64,000 bases of DNA from Candidatus Latescibacterota bacterium (GCA_965203175.1 OZ241867.1:1888001-1952000), one strand, 5' to 3'; positions 9,846 to 20,377 are shown, counted from the stretch's first letter. Numbers and translations are program-made. The notes: generated by a model not told the origin, from the letters alone.

Positions 9846-12370
9846 GGTACCTCCTCCAAACCTGCTTCTGCGAGTGCCCCCAGTAGCGATGGCACGCCAA
9901 AAAACACCAAGCTCAACGCAGTCGGGTGCATGGCCACCGCGCCCCGGTAATCCGGGCGGTCGCTCCAGTCCTGTTGGGCAATCAACTCGGCTAGCACCGC
10001 GCGCCCCACCTCCAGATAGCCCTGCTCCCCGGTCAGCCGCCAAGCGTACGCCAGCGAGCCGCAGAGCACGCCGTGGTAGCTTTGGGCGCAAGCAAACTCG
10101 GCGTTGAAGACGCCTTTGCCGCCGCAAAACCAATCGACGGCCCGCACGAAAACCTCGGCCACATCCGCGCGCCCGGTCATCCTGTGTAGCAGTTCCAGTC
10201 CGACCATCAAATAATGAGTCTGATAGCCCTTTTGCTCCTCGTAGGGCAACACCCGCTTTAATGCGGTAAAGCTCCCGCGCAGCGCGAGGAACTCTTCGTC
10301 GCTAAACGGGACCGCTGAACCCATTTCCACCGCGAGAGTCGTGCCCTCAGTGGCCATGCCGTACGGCCCTTGGTCGGGCAGCTTGGTCTCAGTGGATACC
10401 TGGAAGCGCTTGTGCCAGCTACCGTCTTCGTTTTGGCCACGCGCCACCGCGTCGTACACCTCTTCGGCGCGGAGCATAAAGCGCGCTTCGTCGGTCAGCT
10501 CGTACAGGTAGAGCAAGCCCCGCAGCGCATTGGCGATGGAGCGCAAGCTGAAGCTGTAGCGCGGGTCCTCGCTCCAGCGATAGCGGAGAAAAAATTCCCC
10601 GGCCTCGTGCAAGACCTCCCGCGCCCGCTCGTCGCCGCTCAAGTAGTAGTAATCCACCCAGTTGTCGATGAAGGTGTGCGAAGCGCACGGTTCGTCGCCA
10701 AAGTGGTCCATGCTGTGGCGGAAACAGCCGCCGACCATGTAGGGCCGCAACGGGTGATAGTGGCAGGTATCTACGTCCAGCGAGTGCCGGGTCATGGCCT
10801 CGCCGAGTGCGTAGTAGCGCCCCTCGCCCGTGCGCAAGTACTGCAACCACACGGCGTGGCGCGGATCCCATTCGCTGTTGCACCAACCCCAGCGCCCTTT
10901 GAAGCGCCAACCTCCCGCGCTCTCTTCCCAAGTGGCCATCACGTCGCCCCAATCGAAAAACCCCTTCCAACGATAGCGCTCGATGTGCCCTTCCATCCAG
11001 GCGACAAAGCCCGTCAACATGCGGTCGGAGCGCGGGAATTCCGCGCCGGTTGCCAAGCCGCCGACCGCCCCGCTCTGCACCACCCAATCCGGCGCAACGC
11101 TCACCTGTGGCGGGTGCAAAAGGCCCTGCAATCGCTCGCCATCGGCGGACCCGGCGCGGAAAAAATCGACGAAAAACTCGCTGCTCTTCGCCGTGCCCGT
11201 GCCGTCGGCATAGACCCCCTCGCCCTCGTGCCAAGCCACTTCCTCGGCGTAGCGTTTGCAGCTGAGCCGCCGGCCTTCTGGGTCGCGCCAAAAGAACACG
11301 TCGATGCCTTGCGCACCTAGGCCGAGGGCCTTGGGGTACTCCTCGGCCATGTAGCGCAGCGCAACGCCGACGCCAGCGCGGCCATTCTCAGCGCAAATCC
11401 AGCCGGCGGCGCGTTCGCCCTCGGCCCGTGCGGCGCGCTCAACGCCCGCGTACTCCTCCCAATAGAAGTGATTGTCCGACCGCTGCGAGAGCAGTGCATA
11501 GCGCTCGGGAACCCAAGGCCCCTCCATGACTCGCCCCGCCCCGACGCGCCAAGTTCCGCCGCCTTCGGGCAAGATTGGGACGCGCAAGCCCAGCTCCTCC
11601 ACCTCGGTCTCGCGCGGATTACAGGTGACGACCACCGTGTGCACCACCCGCACTTGCGCCTTGCCGGCATAGGCGTAGATCCGGGTCGCAAAGCGCAGCG
11701 GGCGATAACCGGCGTAGTGGTGCATGGGCGCGGTTGACTCGTAGGCTCCTCGGCAGCAGATCACCGCCCGCAAGGGACCCGCCTCTTCGATCTCGACGGC
11801 GTATTCTTCCACGCCCTCTGACGCCAGACACGTGCCTCCCATTCCGTAGATGCGCCGCTGCGTTCCTCCGACGAACTCCGACTCGGAGATCTTGGCCCAA
11901 GCGTCGCCGCCGCCCCGAGGTGCAACTTCTACCTCGGAGACAAACGATCCTTCGACTTGCTTCCCTAGCTCTACTCCGTCAAAAAGCGCGAATGACTTTT
12001 TTCCTATGCCAAATCGCAGGGGTCCGGTACACACCTCAAAGCGATCTTCCCGCTCGGCGATTTCCACGCCTTGGACGTTCCCCTCGGCTTTCTGGTCCGT
12101 GTATCGCAAAGTATACACGGCCTCTTGCCCCGCTTCCACATCGGCCTGAAAATCCACCAGGACCCACTTTGCGCTGCCGTCCGGCCAGCGGCCCAAGACC
12201 CGTAGCTGCACTGGGACATCTTGGCCCTGTGCGTCCTGCAAAGACAGGTTTTCCACGTCTGCCACGGTGCCTTGAGGCAGAGGGACGCCCCTAGTCAAAG
12301 GGTACTTTCGGCGGGTAATGCCCGCGGGCTCTGCTACTTTTAAGGCAATGCCTTCGTCGGGTATGTTCAC
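9842..12370 (-). CDS. Large hypothetical protein, probable PcRGLX/YetA-like (exo-rhamnogalacturonan lyase-like) fold
   Basis: GVPLPQG..GRWPDGSAKW..DF N-terminal barrel motif, beta-sandwich (EAGPLRAV), GFFDWGD/HSLDVD helical-barrel region. GTG start at 12370 after AAGGAG. Confidence 0.6.
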   Translation of the reverse strand: MNIPDEGIALKVAEPAGITRRKYPLTRGVPLPQGTVADVENLSLQDAQGQDVPVQLRVLGRWPDGSAKWVLVDFQADVEAGQEAVYTLRYTDQKAEGNVQGVEIAEREDRFEVCTGPLRFGIGKKSFALFDGVELGKQVEGSFVSEVEVAPRGGGDAWAKISESEFVGGTQRRIYGMGGTCLASEGVEEYAVEIEEAGPLRAVICCRGAYESTAPMHHYAGYRPLRFATRIYAYAGKAQVRVVHTVVVTCNPRETEVEELGLRVPILPEGGGTWRVGAGRVMEGPWVPERYALLSQRSDNHFYWEEYAGVERAARAEGERAAGWICAENGRAGVGVALRYMAEEYPKALGLGAQGIDVFFWRDPEGRRLSCKRYAEEVAWHEGEGVYADGTGTAKSSEFFVDFFRAGSADGERLQGLLHPPQVSVAPDWVVQSGAVGGLATGAEFPRSDRMLTGFVAWMEGHIERYRWKGFFDWGDVMATWEESAGGWRFKGRWGWCNSEWDPRHAVWLQYLRTGEGRYYALGEAMTRHSLDVDTCHYHPLRPYMVGGCFRHSMDHFGDEPCASHTFIDNWVDYYYLSGDERAREVLHEAGEFFLRYRWSEDPRYSFSLRSIANALRGLLYLYELTDEARFMLRAEEVYDAVARGQNEDGSWHKRFQVSTETKLPDQGPYGMATEGTTLAVEMGSAVPFSDEEFLALRGSFTALKRVLPYEEQKGYQTHYLMVGLELLHRMTGRADVAEVFVRAVDWFCGGKGVFNAEFACAQSYHGVLCGSLAYAWRLTGEQGYLEVGRAVLAELIAQQDWSDRPDYRGAVAMHPTALSLVFFGVPSLLGALAEAGLEEVP

Positions 12371-12499
12371 GTGACTTCTCCTTGGTCTCGTCTGTGCGGC
12401 GAGGAAAAATAAGCAAGCGACCAACGCCCCACCAACCCGCATTGACCCACCTCCACCCCCCTCCTATCTTCTCGCTGCCCAAGCCAAAGGAACCATCCC

Positions 12500-13873
12500 G
12501 TGAAACCAGACCAAGACCTGAACGCCCAACAGCTCCTTCCAGCAATCCAGCGCTTTTTAGCCCTTACCGGTGCCAAGATTCTCGATCTCGACAGCACTTG
12601 GGACCCGGATCGCGGCACCCCGGTCTTCACCCAGCAGGGGCGTTACACCACCCGAGGCTGGACCGAGTGGACCCAAGGCTTCCAATACGGCTGCGCCATA
12701 CTGCAGTACGACATGACCGCCGACGCGCGTTTCCTCGCGCTCGGCCGCGACCGCACCATCGCACACATGGCACCGCACGTCTCGCACGTCGGCGTCCACG
12801 ACCACGGCTTCAACAACCTCTCCACCTATGGCAACTTGCGCCGCCTGATGCTCGAAGGCCGCATTCCGCACGATCAGCGGGAGCTGGATTTCTACGAGTT
12901 GGCCATCAAGCTGTCGGGCGCCGTGCAAGCCGCGCGCTGGACCGAGACCGCGTACGGCACGGGCTTCATCCACTCCTTCAATGGTCCGCATTCGCTCTTT
13001 TCCGACACCATGCGCTCGCTGCGCATCTTGGGGACTGCGCACCAGCTAGGCCACGCGCTGATGGGCGAGGGCGACGAGCGCATCAGTCTGCTCGGCCGCT
13101 TAATCGAACACGCCCAGACCAACGCCCGTTTCAACGTGTACTACGGCGAGGGACGCGATGCGTTTGACACACCCGGCCGCGTAGTCCACGAATCCATCTT
13201 CAACGTTCACGACGGCCAGTACCGCTGCCCCAGCACACAACAGGGCTACACCCCATTCTCGACTTGGACTCGCGGTCTGTCGTGGGTGCTTACAGGCTAC
13301 GCCGAGCAGCTAGAGTATTTCGCCACGCTCGGCGAGGCCGATGTCGAGCCTTTTGGCACCAAGGCCGACCTCGTGCAAACCATGGAAAAAGCCGCCCTGG
13401 CCTCCGCTGAATTCCACATCGCCAACAGCTTTGCCGACGGCGTGCCCTTCTGGGACACCGGCGCACCCGGGGTCGCCTCCTTTGGCGCAATAACCGACCA
13501 GCCCTCCGACCCGTACAACGACGTCGAACCGCTCGACAGTTCGGCTGCGGCTATCTGTGGCCAAGGGTACTTGCGCTTGGGCAACTACTATTTGTTCAAA
13601 GGGGACACTACGAAGGGAACGCGCTATCGCGCCGCGGCCTTCACCATTGCCCGCGCTCTGCTAGAGGAACCGTATCTCGCCGTCGATCCCCAACACCAAG
13701 GCATCACCCTCCACGCGATCTACCATCGTCCCAACGGCTGGGACTACATCCCCCAAGGCCGCAAAATCCCCTGCGGCGAGGCGGCCATGTGGGGCGACTA
13801 CCACACAATGGAACTGATGAGCCTGATCAAACGCGAAGCAGAAAACGCTCCTTATCCACTCTTTTTCCAATAG
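12500..13873 (+). CDS. Glycoside hydrolase, GH88 unsaturated glucuronyl hydrolase-like
   Basis: EWTQGF, HDHGF, STWTRGLSW, DSSAAAI, WGDY motifs. Confidence 0.75.
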   Translation: MKPDQDLNAQQLLPAIQRFLALTGAKILDLDSTWDPDRGTPVFTQQGRYTTRGWTEWTQGFQYGCAILQYDMTADARFLALGRDRTIAHMAPHVSHVGVHDHGFNNLSTYGNLRRLMLEGRIPHDQRELDFYELAIKLSGAVQAARWTETAYGTGFIHSFNGPHSLFSDTMRSLRILGTAHQLGHALMGEGDERISLLGRLIEHAQTNARFNVYYGEGRDAFDTPGRVVHESIFNVHDGQYRCPSTQQGYTPFSTWTRGLSWVLTGYAEQLEYFATLGEADVEPFGTKADLVQTMEKAALASAEFHIANSFADGVPFWDTGAPGVASFGAITDQPSDPYNDVEPLDSSAAAICGQGYLRLGNYYLFKGDTTKGTRYRAAAFTIARALLEEPYLAVDPQHQGITLHAIYHRPNGWDYIPQGRKIPCGEAAMWGDYHTMELMSLIKREAENAPYPLFFQ

Positions 13874-13884
13874 CGAGACCCGCC

Positions 13885-15030
13885 GTGAAAATCACCGCCA
13901 TCACCCCCATCATCGCCCGCTTCGGCAACCGCCCCCGCGTCTTGGTCAAAGTCGAGACCGACGAGGGCATCACTGGCTGGGGCGAGACCTACTCCATCGG
14001 CCCCGACCTAGCCGTCGGTCCCACCGTCGATTACTGTTTTGAGCTAATCAAGGGCATCGACCCTCGGCGGATCGAGTTCATAATGATGAAGCTGCACCAG
14101 CAGTTCCGCTTTCCACCGGGCGGGATCGGCCTGTCGGCTATCTCCGGCATCGACCACGCGCTGTGGGACATCTCCGGTAAAGCCGCGGGCGTGCCGGTCT
14201 ATCAGCTTTTGGGCGGCCACGCCCGCGACCGGGTGCGCGTCTATCGCTCCATCGGCGGCCGCGACGGCAAAGAGGCCGCCGACCAAGCCCGGCGTCTGCA
14301 CGAGGAGTACGGCTTCACTGCCTTCAAAACCAGCCCCTATCGGCTCGACCCAGACGCCCATCGCTGGGGCTTAGTCTGCAAGACGTCAGCCAAATACTTC
14401 GAAGAATTGCGCGTTAGCTGTCCGGACGACTGGGAATTTGCCTTCGACCCGCACGCCAAGATCTTCGAGCCGATTCGCGCCTTGCAGCTAGCCAACGCCC
14501 TCGCGCCGTACGACCCCTTTTTCTACGAAGAGCCGCTGCGCCCCGAGCACATTCCAGCGTGGACCAGCCTCAAGTCGCAAATGCAGGTGCCGTTGGCCAC
14601 CGGCGAGAGCCTCTACGCCCGCTTTGAGTTCCTCGATCTAATCGCCAACCAAGGTGCCGACATCATCCAGCCCGACATCTGCGTCTGCGGCGGCCTGCTC
14701 GAAATGCGCAAGATCAACGCCATTGCCGAAGCCCACTACATCAGCATCGCTCCGCACAATCCCATGGGGCCGTTGGCGACGGCCGTCAACCTGCACTTCT
14801 GCGCCTCGGCACCCAACTTCAAAATCCTCGAATACCTCCTGCCGACTGAATCCGAGTGGAACGACTGGCTTGACGAACCCTATCTGCCCAAAGACGGCTA
14901 CCTAGAGCTGCGACCGGACCGGCCGGGACTAGGCGTCGAAGTCAACGAAGAAGCCATCACCGACAACGAATACATCCATTGGGAACGCTCCAGCCCGACG
15001 CGTCCCGACGGCTCGACCGGGTACATCTAA
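13885..15030 (+). CDS. Mandelate racemase/galactonate dehydratase-like enolase-superfamily enzyme
   Basis: GWGE, ALWDI.GK, DPH, EEP, TGE, IIQPD, APHN. GTG start at 13885. Confidence 0.85.
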   Translation: MKITAITPIIARFGNRPRVLVKVETDEGITGWGETYSIGPDLAVGPTVDYCFELIKGIDPRRIEFIMMKLHQQFRFPPGGIGLSAISGIDHALWDISGKAAGVPVYQLLGGHARDRVRVYRSIGGRDGKEAADQARRLHEEYGFTAFKTSPYRLDPDAHRWGLVCKTSAKYFEELRVSCPDDWEFAFDPHAKIFEPIRALQLANALAPYDPFFYEEPLRPEHIPAWTSLKSQMQVPLATGESLYARFEFLDLIANQGADIIQPDICVCGGLLEMRKINAIAEAHYISIAPHNPMGPLATAVNLHFCASAPNFKILEYLLPTESEWNDWLDEPYLPKDGYLELRPDRPGLGVEVNEEAITDNEYIHWERSSPTRPDGSTGYI

Positions 15031-15569
15031 TGCTCAGCCGCGACCACACCGCACTCGTCCTCATCGACATTCAGGGCAAGCTGGCCTCGCTGATGCACGA
15101 ACGCGAGGCGCTCTACCGCCAGCTACAGATTCTCGTCCAGGGCGCGCAGGTTCTCGGGTTGCCCATTCTATGGCTAGAGCAGTACCCCAAAGGGCTTGGC
15201 CCCACCATTTCCGAGGTCGCCGACCTGCTCTCCGACCAAGAACCACTGGCCAAGACCTGCTTTAGCGCCTGCGGCCTCAGCGCTTTCCAAACCCAACTGC
15301 GCCAGAGCGGTCGCCGCCAGATTCTCTTGGCCGGGATCGAAAGCCACATCTGCGTCTATCAGACTGCCCGCGATTTGCTGGATGCGGGCTACCACGTCGA
15401 AGTCGTCGCCGACGCCATCTCCTCGCGTACCGCCGAGAACAAGGAACTGGGGCTGCAAAAAATGGCGTCCGCTGGCGCGCAGATCACGGCGGTGGAAATG
15501 TGTCTATTTGAATTGCTGCAGGAGGCAGGGACGGCGGAGTTCAAGCAAATTGCGGCATTGGTAAAGTGA
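15030..15569 (+). CDS. Isochorismatase-family cysteine hydrolase
   Basis: IDIQ, EQYPKGLG, KTCFS, GIESHICV. ATG overlaps the upstream TAA. Confidence 0.88.
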   Translation: MLSRDHTALVLIDIQGKLASLMHEREALYRQLQILVQGAQVLGLPILWLEQYPKGLGPTISEVADLLSDQEPLAKTCFSACGLSAFQTQLRQSGRRQILLAGIESHICVYQTARDLLDAGYHVEVVADAISSRTAENKELGLQKMASAGAQITAVEMCLFELLQEAGTAEFKQIAALVK

Positions 15570-15728
15570 GGGGTGTTGTTACCTCTGAGGAACAACGTCG
15601 CTTCCACAAGGCAACAGCACGGCGCATACAGCACATAACGCTACCAGAGGGAACGGGCATCTGCCAAGCATGGCCTACCTTTTGCTTATAGGGGGAAGTG
15701 CTTACATTTATCCAGAGAGGACCTTCTC

Positions 15729-16067
15729 ATGGCCGAGCAATCGTCCAATCCCGTCCAACCCACTGAATCCACCCTCGCTCTGAGCTTCCTGCGCGAGGAT
15801 ATTCAGGACCTACGTCAAGACGTGCGCCAAATACACGAGCGCATCGATCAGACCAACGGGCGCATCGACACCCTGCGCACCGAAATGAGTGGCCGCATCG
15901 ACACCCTGCGTACCGAAGTGGGAGAGCGCATCGACCAAACCAACGGACGCATCGACAGCTTAGCCAAACAACTCGACTCGCGCTACGCGCGACTAATGGC
16001 CATGCTCATCGCCTGTACCAGCATCCTCGTCACCACCATGGGCGCAGCCGTCGCCGTGCTCAAGTGA
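15729..16067 (+). CDS. Small coiled-coil repeat protein with C-terminal transmembrane helix
   Basis: RID-anchored 7- and 11-residue repeats, hydrophobic C-terminus, GAGAGGA RBS. Confidence 0.75.
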   Translation: MAEQSSNPVQPTESTLALSFLREDIQDLRQDVRQIHERIDQTNGRIDTLRTEMSGRIDTLRTEVGERIDQTNGRIDSLAKQLDSRYARLMAMLIACTSILVTTMGAAVAVLK

Positions 16068-16125
16068 CGCCCTAAACTCGCTCCGGAAACCGCTCCCGGT
16101 ACTCTCGATCAAATTCTTCGCTGCC
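16046..16125. repeat. 80-bp direct repeat, copy 1 (junction of two convergent gene ends)
   Basis: 77/80 identical to 16416..16495 by manual alignment. Confidence 0.95.
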
Positions 16126-16139
16126 TATAGGAGCCAAAG

Positions 16140-16349
16140 ATGGCTAAAATTATATCTTCTCGAGAGCAATCATCGTTTGAAGTTATCGTGGAAGCCGAAA
16201 CCCTGAGCGAGGCAATAAAAGAAGCTGCGTCATTAGCAGATGATGTGAAGACGCATGGATATGTAATTTTCCAAGTAGAGGAAAATTTTTTCGGAAACAC
16301 CGACGATACTCGGCAATGGCGTCTCAAGTGGTACGGAAAGGAACGCTAG
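16140..16349 (+). CDS. Small hypothetical protein (69 aa) on an AT-richer insert
   Basis: AGGAG RBS upstream, fills most of the 290-bp unique segment between the direct repeats. Confidence 0.6.
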   Translation: MAKIISSREQSSFEVIVEAETLSEAIKEAASLADDVKTHGYVIFQVEENFFGNTDDTRQWRLKWYGKER

Positions 16350-16415
16350 TGGGTGCCCCAAAAACAAGCCTTATATTTCAAACACAACCACTACCCTATT
16401 ATCTTTCTCGCCCTT

Positions 16416-16495
16416 AGCCGTCGCCGTGCTCAAGTGACGCCCTAAACTCGCTCCGGGAACCGCTCCCGATACTCCCGATCAAATTCTTCGCTGCC
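16416..16495. repeat. 80-bp direct repeat, copy 2
   Basis: Matches 16046..16125 and contains the stop and final codons of 16442..17683. Confidence 0.95.
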
Positions 16496-17683
16496 GTCGT
16501 CGAGCCGCACCTCTAGCTCCATCCCCGGTAAGAAGCCCGTCAGCTTGCCAGCGGTGAAATCGCCCCGATACCCTCCGCCCGGTGCCCACAACTCCCGGCC
16601 ATCGGGCCAGCGCACGGCGTGTATTTGGCGCACCGGCACTTTCGCAAAATCCGGCTCGACGCGCAGGCGCTCCACGGCATCCCAGTCCAACTCGACCCCC
16701 AAGCCTGGAGCCTCCGGCACCCGCAAATGCCCGCCCTCCACGGCAAACTCCTGCACCAAGACGTGCGAATAAATGTTGACGCAGGGAATCGCCGGCCAGC
16801 GCGCTTCCTTTAGCACCGCCCCCAAATGCGCCGCAAAGGTTGCTGTCAGGCCGGTGCCGACCATCTGCAACCAGAACGGCATTTGCGCCCGCGCGGCCAA
16901 GTTGCCGTCGCTCAAGACGCGGCTTACCCCACCGCCGATGACAAACCCGTCGCACACGCCCTCGCGAATCGCCGTCATGGGCGGCGGCTGGCCTATGTGC
17001 ATGGCAATTGGACATTGGATCTTGTGCCGCAGGAGTTTGTTGCCCTCCACGTCGTCTTGGGGAATCGGCGACTCGACGATGGCGAGACAGGCATTGTCCC
17101 GCTCTAAGCGCGCAATGAGCGGAGCGGCTTGGTCAACCCCCAGCAACATGGTGTTGAAGTCGGCGTCCAGCTTGAAGTGCTGAGAAGTGGCCTCAGCCAC
17201 GGCTTGCAACTGCGCCGCAATGTCGTACCAAGGCCGCGCCTTGACCTTCATGGTAGTAAAACCATGCGCCTCGGCCGCACGGGCTTCAGCCGCCCACGCT
17301 GCGGGCGGCATGCTTTGCGCCCACCAAGAAACCGGGCAGGCGTCGCGGTGCTGCGGCCCCATCAGCCGGTGGCAGGGTACGCCTAAGTGCTTGCCAGCCG
17401 CGTCGAAAAGCGCCATCTGCAAGCCAGCTCCCAGCGAATCGTCCCACAGCACCTCGAACACATTCCGCCCGCGCACGCGGGCAAACTCCGCTTCGCGCGA
17501 GTGGCCCCACGTATATCCCTGAATCGTCTCGCCAATGCCGACAACGCCGCCCTCAGTCTCCACTTCGGTCAACTCGACGATAGACCAACCCGGCCCATAG
17601 ACTTCCATGGCGTCGGCGCAGCGCTCGTGGAACGGCACGTGTAGCACGGTCCGCACGACGTCTTTAACAACACAATAACTCAT
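16442..17683 (-). CDS. Mandelate racemase/muconate lactonizing enzyme family protein
   Basis: GIGE, MALFDAAGK, KVK, DFN, ESP motifs. Confidence 0.8.
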   Translation of the reverse strand: MSYCVVKDVVRTVLHVPFHERCADAMEVYGPGWSIVELTEVETEGGVVGIGETIQGYTWGHSREAEFARVRGRNVFEVLWDDSLGAGLQMALFDAAGKHLGVPCHRLMGPQHRDACPVSWWAQSMPPAAWAAEARAAEAHGFTTMKVKARPWYDIAAQLQAVAEATSQHFKLDADFNTMLLGVDQAAPLIARLERDNACLAIVESPIPQDDVEGNKLLRHKIQCPIAMHIGQPPPMTAIREGVCDGFVIGGGVSRVLSDGNLAARAQMPFWLQMVGTGLTATFAAHLGAVLKEARWPAIPCVNIYSHVLVQEFAVEGGHLRVPEAPGLGVELDWDAVERLRVEPDFAKVPVRQIHAVRWPDGRELWAPGGGYRGDFTAGKLTGFLPGMELEVRLDDGSEEFDREYRERFPERV

Positions 17684-17701
17684 TATATCCTCTCGCAGGC
17701 C

Positions 17702-20377
17702 CTACTCGGCCATCCGCCTAAGTACTGCGTGTAAGATCCCCCCGTTGCGGTAGTAGTTGATCTCCACGGGGGTGTCTATCCGGCATACCACCGCAAAGCG
17801 CTTCTCGCCCTCGGCGCTTTTAGCCACCACCTCCAACACCTGCCCCGGCTGCAGGTCGTCGTCGAGACCCTCAATATCGAATACCTCCTCGCCGGTCAGC
17901 CCTAGCGAGTGGCGGTCTTCACCGGAGGAAAATTGCAGCGGCAGAATGCCCATCCCAATCAGATTCGAGCGATGGATGCGCTCGTAGGTCTCGGCGATTG
18001 CGGCCTTGACGCCTTGCAGGAAGGGACCTTTGGCGGCCCAGTCGCGGCTCGAACCTGATCCGTACTCCTTGCCCGCGATAATGATCGAAGGCACGCCCTC
18101 TTCGATGTAGCGCATCGCCGCGTCGTAGATGGTCATCTGCTCGCCCGAAGGCAGGTGGCGCGTCAACCCCCCCTCGACGCCGGGCACCAACTCGTTGCGG
18201 ATGCGGATATTGGCAAACGTGCCTCGCATCATCACCTCGTGGTTGCCGCGCCTAGAGCCATAGCTGTTCCAATCCTTGCGTTCGACGTCGTGGTCGGCGA
18301 GATACTCGCCTCCCGGACTGCCTGCGGCGATGGAGCCAGCCGGCGAGATGTGATCGGTCGTCACGCTGTCGCCGAGCTTGGCCAAGACGCGCGCGCCTTG
18401 GATCGGCTGGATCGGCTGGACCTTCTTGGTGAGGCCGTCGAAGAAATTCGGCTTGCGAATGTACGTGCTTTCCTCGGCCCAGGCGTAGCGCTTGCCCTCG
18501 GGCACGGGAATGGCGTTCCAAGTCTCGTTTTGACGGAACGCATTGCCGTATTCTTCCTCGAACATCTTCGGCGTCAGCGAGCGGGCAATTGCATCGCGGA
18601 TCTGGTCCTGCGAGGGCCAGATGTCGCGCAGGAATACCTCGCAGCCCGCTTGGTCGCGGCCCAGCGGCTCGCGCTCAAAGTCGATCGTCGCCCGGCCCGC
18701 GAGCGCGTAGGCCACAACTAACGGCGGCGAGGCGAGGAAATTGGCCCTCGTCAACGCGTGGACCCGGCCCTCGAAATTGCGGTTGCCGCTGAGCACGCTA
18801 CACACCACCAAATCGTTGTCGGCCACAGCCGCGGAGAGTTCCTCGGGCAGAGGCCCCGAGTTGCCGATGCAGGTCGTGCAACCGTATCCGACCGTGTGGA
18901 AGCCGAGGGCCTCTAGGCTCTCGGTGAGGCTGGCCGCGTCGAGGTAGCGCGAGACGACCCGGCTGCCCGGAGCCAAGCTAGTCTTGACGTAGGCCGGGAC
19001 CGAAAGGCCTCGCTCGGCCGCGTTGCGTGCCAACAGTCCCGCCCCCACCATCGCGCTCGGATTGCTAGTATTCGTACAAGAGGTAATGGCGGCGATGAGC
19101 ACGGCACCGTGATCCAACTCAACCGCGCCCTGCTCACCCAACTCAACGGCGACCTTTTTGCCAACGTCTTCCACCTCAAAGCGGTCCGTTAGCGAATCGG
19201 CGAAGGCGGTCGGCACGTCCTTGAGCGCGACCCGATCCTGCGGCCGCGTCGGACCGGCCAAGCTCGGCTCGACCGTAGCCATATCCAGCGCCAAGTGCTC
19301 GCTGAAGATGGGATCGGGGGTTTCGGCGTGGTAGAACATGCCCTGCGCTTCCATGTACGCGCGGACGCGCTCGACCACCGCCTTTTTGCGCCCGGTGAGC
19401 GCCAAATACGCCAGCGTCTCCTCGTCAACCGGGAAAATGCCCATCGTCGCCCCGTATTCTGGGGCCATGTTGGCGAGGGTCGCCCGGTCGGCCAAGCTCA
19501 GCTCGCTCAAGCCTGGGCCGTAAAATTCAACGAATTTGCCCACCACGCCGTGCGCCCGCAGCATCTGCACCACCGTCAGCACCAAGTCCGTCGCCGTCGT
19601 CCCAGTGGGCAAGGCGCCCGTCAATTTGACGCCGACCACTTCGGGCAAAAGCATGTAGATCGGCTGCCCCAACATCACGGCCTCGGCCTCGATGCCGCCC
19701 ACGCCCCAGCCGAGGACGCCGAGACCGTTGATCATCGTCGTGTGGCTGTCCGTGCCCACTAGGCTGTCGGGATAGAACTCGCCGTCCTGCTCCTGCACCA
19801 CCTGTGCCAGATATTCCAAGTTGACCTGATGCACGATGCCGGTGGCCGGCGGGACCACGCGAAAATTGTCAAAGGACTCCTGACCCCAGCGCAAAAACTC
19901 GTAGCGCTCGCGGTTGCGCTCGAATTCGCGCTCGGCGTTCATGGCCAGGGCCTCGCGCATGCCGTAGTAATCGACCTGCACCGAATGATCAATGACCAAA
20001 TCAACCGGAATCAGGGGATTGACCTTCTCCGGGTTGCCGCCCAAATCGGCCACCGCGTCGCGCATCACGGCCAGATCGACCACGGCTGGCACGCCGGTAA
20101 AATCCTGCATCACTACCCGCGCTGGCTTGAAGGGAATCTCTTCCTTGCCCGCGGTCTCGGGACTCCAGCGCGCAATGCGCTCGACGTCCTCGCGAGTAAT
20201 CTCAAACCCGTCGCACTGCCTGAGCGCGGCCTCTAGCAGAATCTTGATCGAATAGGGCAGCCGGCTCACCTCGGCCACGCCGTCTTGTTCTAGTTTTTGA
20301 ATGCGGTACAGGACGCCGCTGCCACCGCTGCCTTCCAGCCGGGTGCGCGCTCCGAATTCGTCTTTTCTCTCTGTCAT
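17702..20377 (-). CDS. acnA: Aconitate hydratase A
   Basis: [59 protein letters not shown]. Confidence 0.97.
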   Translation of the reverse strand: MTERKDEFGARTRLEGSGGSGVLYRIQKLEQDGVAEVSRLPYSIKILLEAALRQCDGFEITREDVERIARWSPETAGKEEIPFKPARVVMQDFTGVPAVVDLAVMRDAVADLGGNPEKVNPLIPVDLVIDHSVQVDYYGMREALAMNAEREFERNRERYEFLRWGQESFDNFRVVPPATGIVHQVNLEYLAQVVQEQDGEFYPDSLVGTDSHTTMINGLGVLGWGVGGIEAEAVMLGQPIYMLLPEVVGVKLTGALPTGTTATDLVLTVVQMLRAHGVVGKFVEFYGPGLSELSLADRATLANMAPEYGATMGIFPVDEETLAYLALTGRKKAVVERVRAYMEAQGMFYHAETPDPIFSEHLALDMATVEPSLAGPTRPQDRVALKDVPTAFADSLTDRFEVEDVGKKVAVELGEQGAVELDHGAVLIAAITSCTNTSNPSAMVGAGLLARNAAERGLSVPAYVKTSLAPGSRVVSRYLDAASLTESLEALGFHTVGYGCTTCIGNSGPLPEELSAAVADNDLVVCSVLSGNRNFEGRVHALTRANFLASPPLVVAYALAGRATIDFEREPLGRDQAGCEVFLRDIWPSQDQIRDAIARSLTPKMFEEEYGNAFRQNETWNAIPVPEGKRYAWAEESTYIRKPNFFDGLTKKVQPIQPIQGARVLAKLGDSVTTDHISPAGSIAAGSPGGEYLADHDVERKDWNSYGSRRGNHEVMMRGTFANIRIRNELVPGVEGGLTRHLPSGEQMTIYDAAMRYIEEGVPSIIIAGKEYGSGSSRDWAAKGPFLQGVKAAIAETYERIHRSNLIGMGILPLQFSSGEDRHSLGLTGEEVFDIEGLDDDLQPGQVLEVVAKSAEGEKRFAVVCRIDTPVEINYYRNGGILHAVLRRMAE

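Noticed and set aside
15578-15654. Inverted repeat GTTACCTCTG/CAGAGGGAAC as an integron attC site or riboswitch
   Set aside because: The GTT...AAC order is opposite to attC for the adjacent genes, and no recognisable riboswitch consensus is present.
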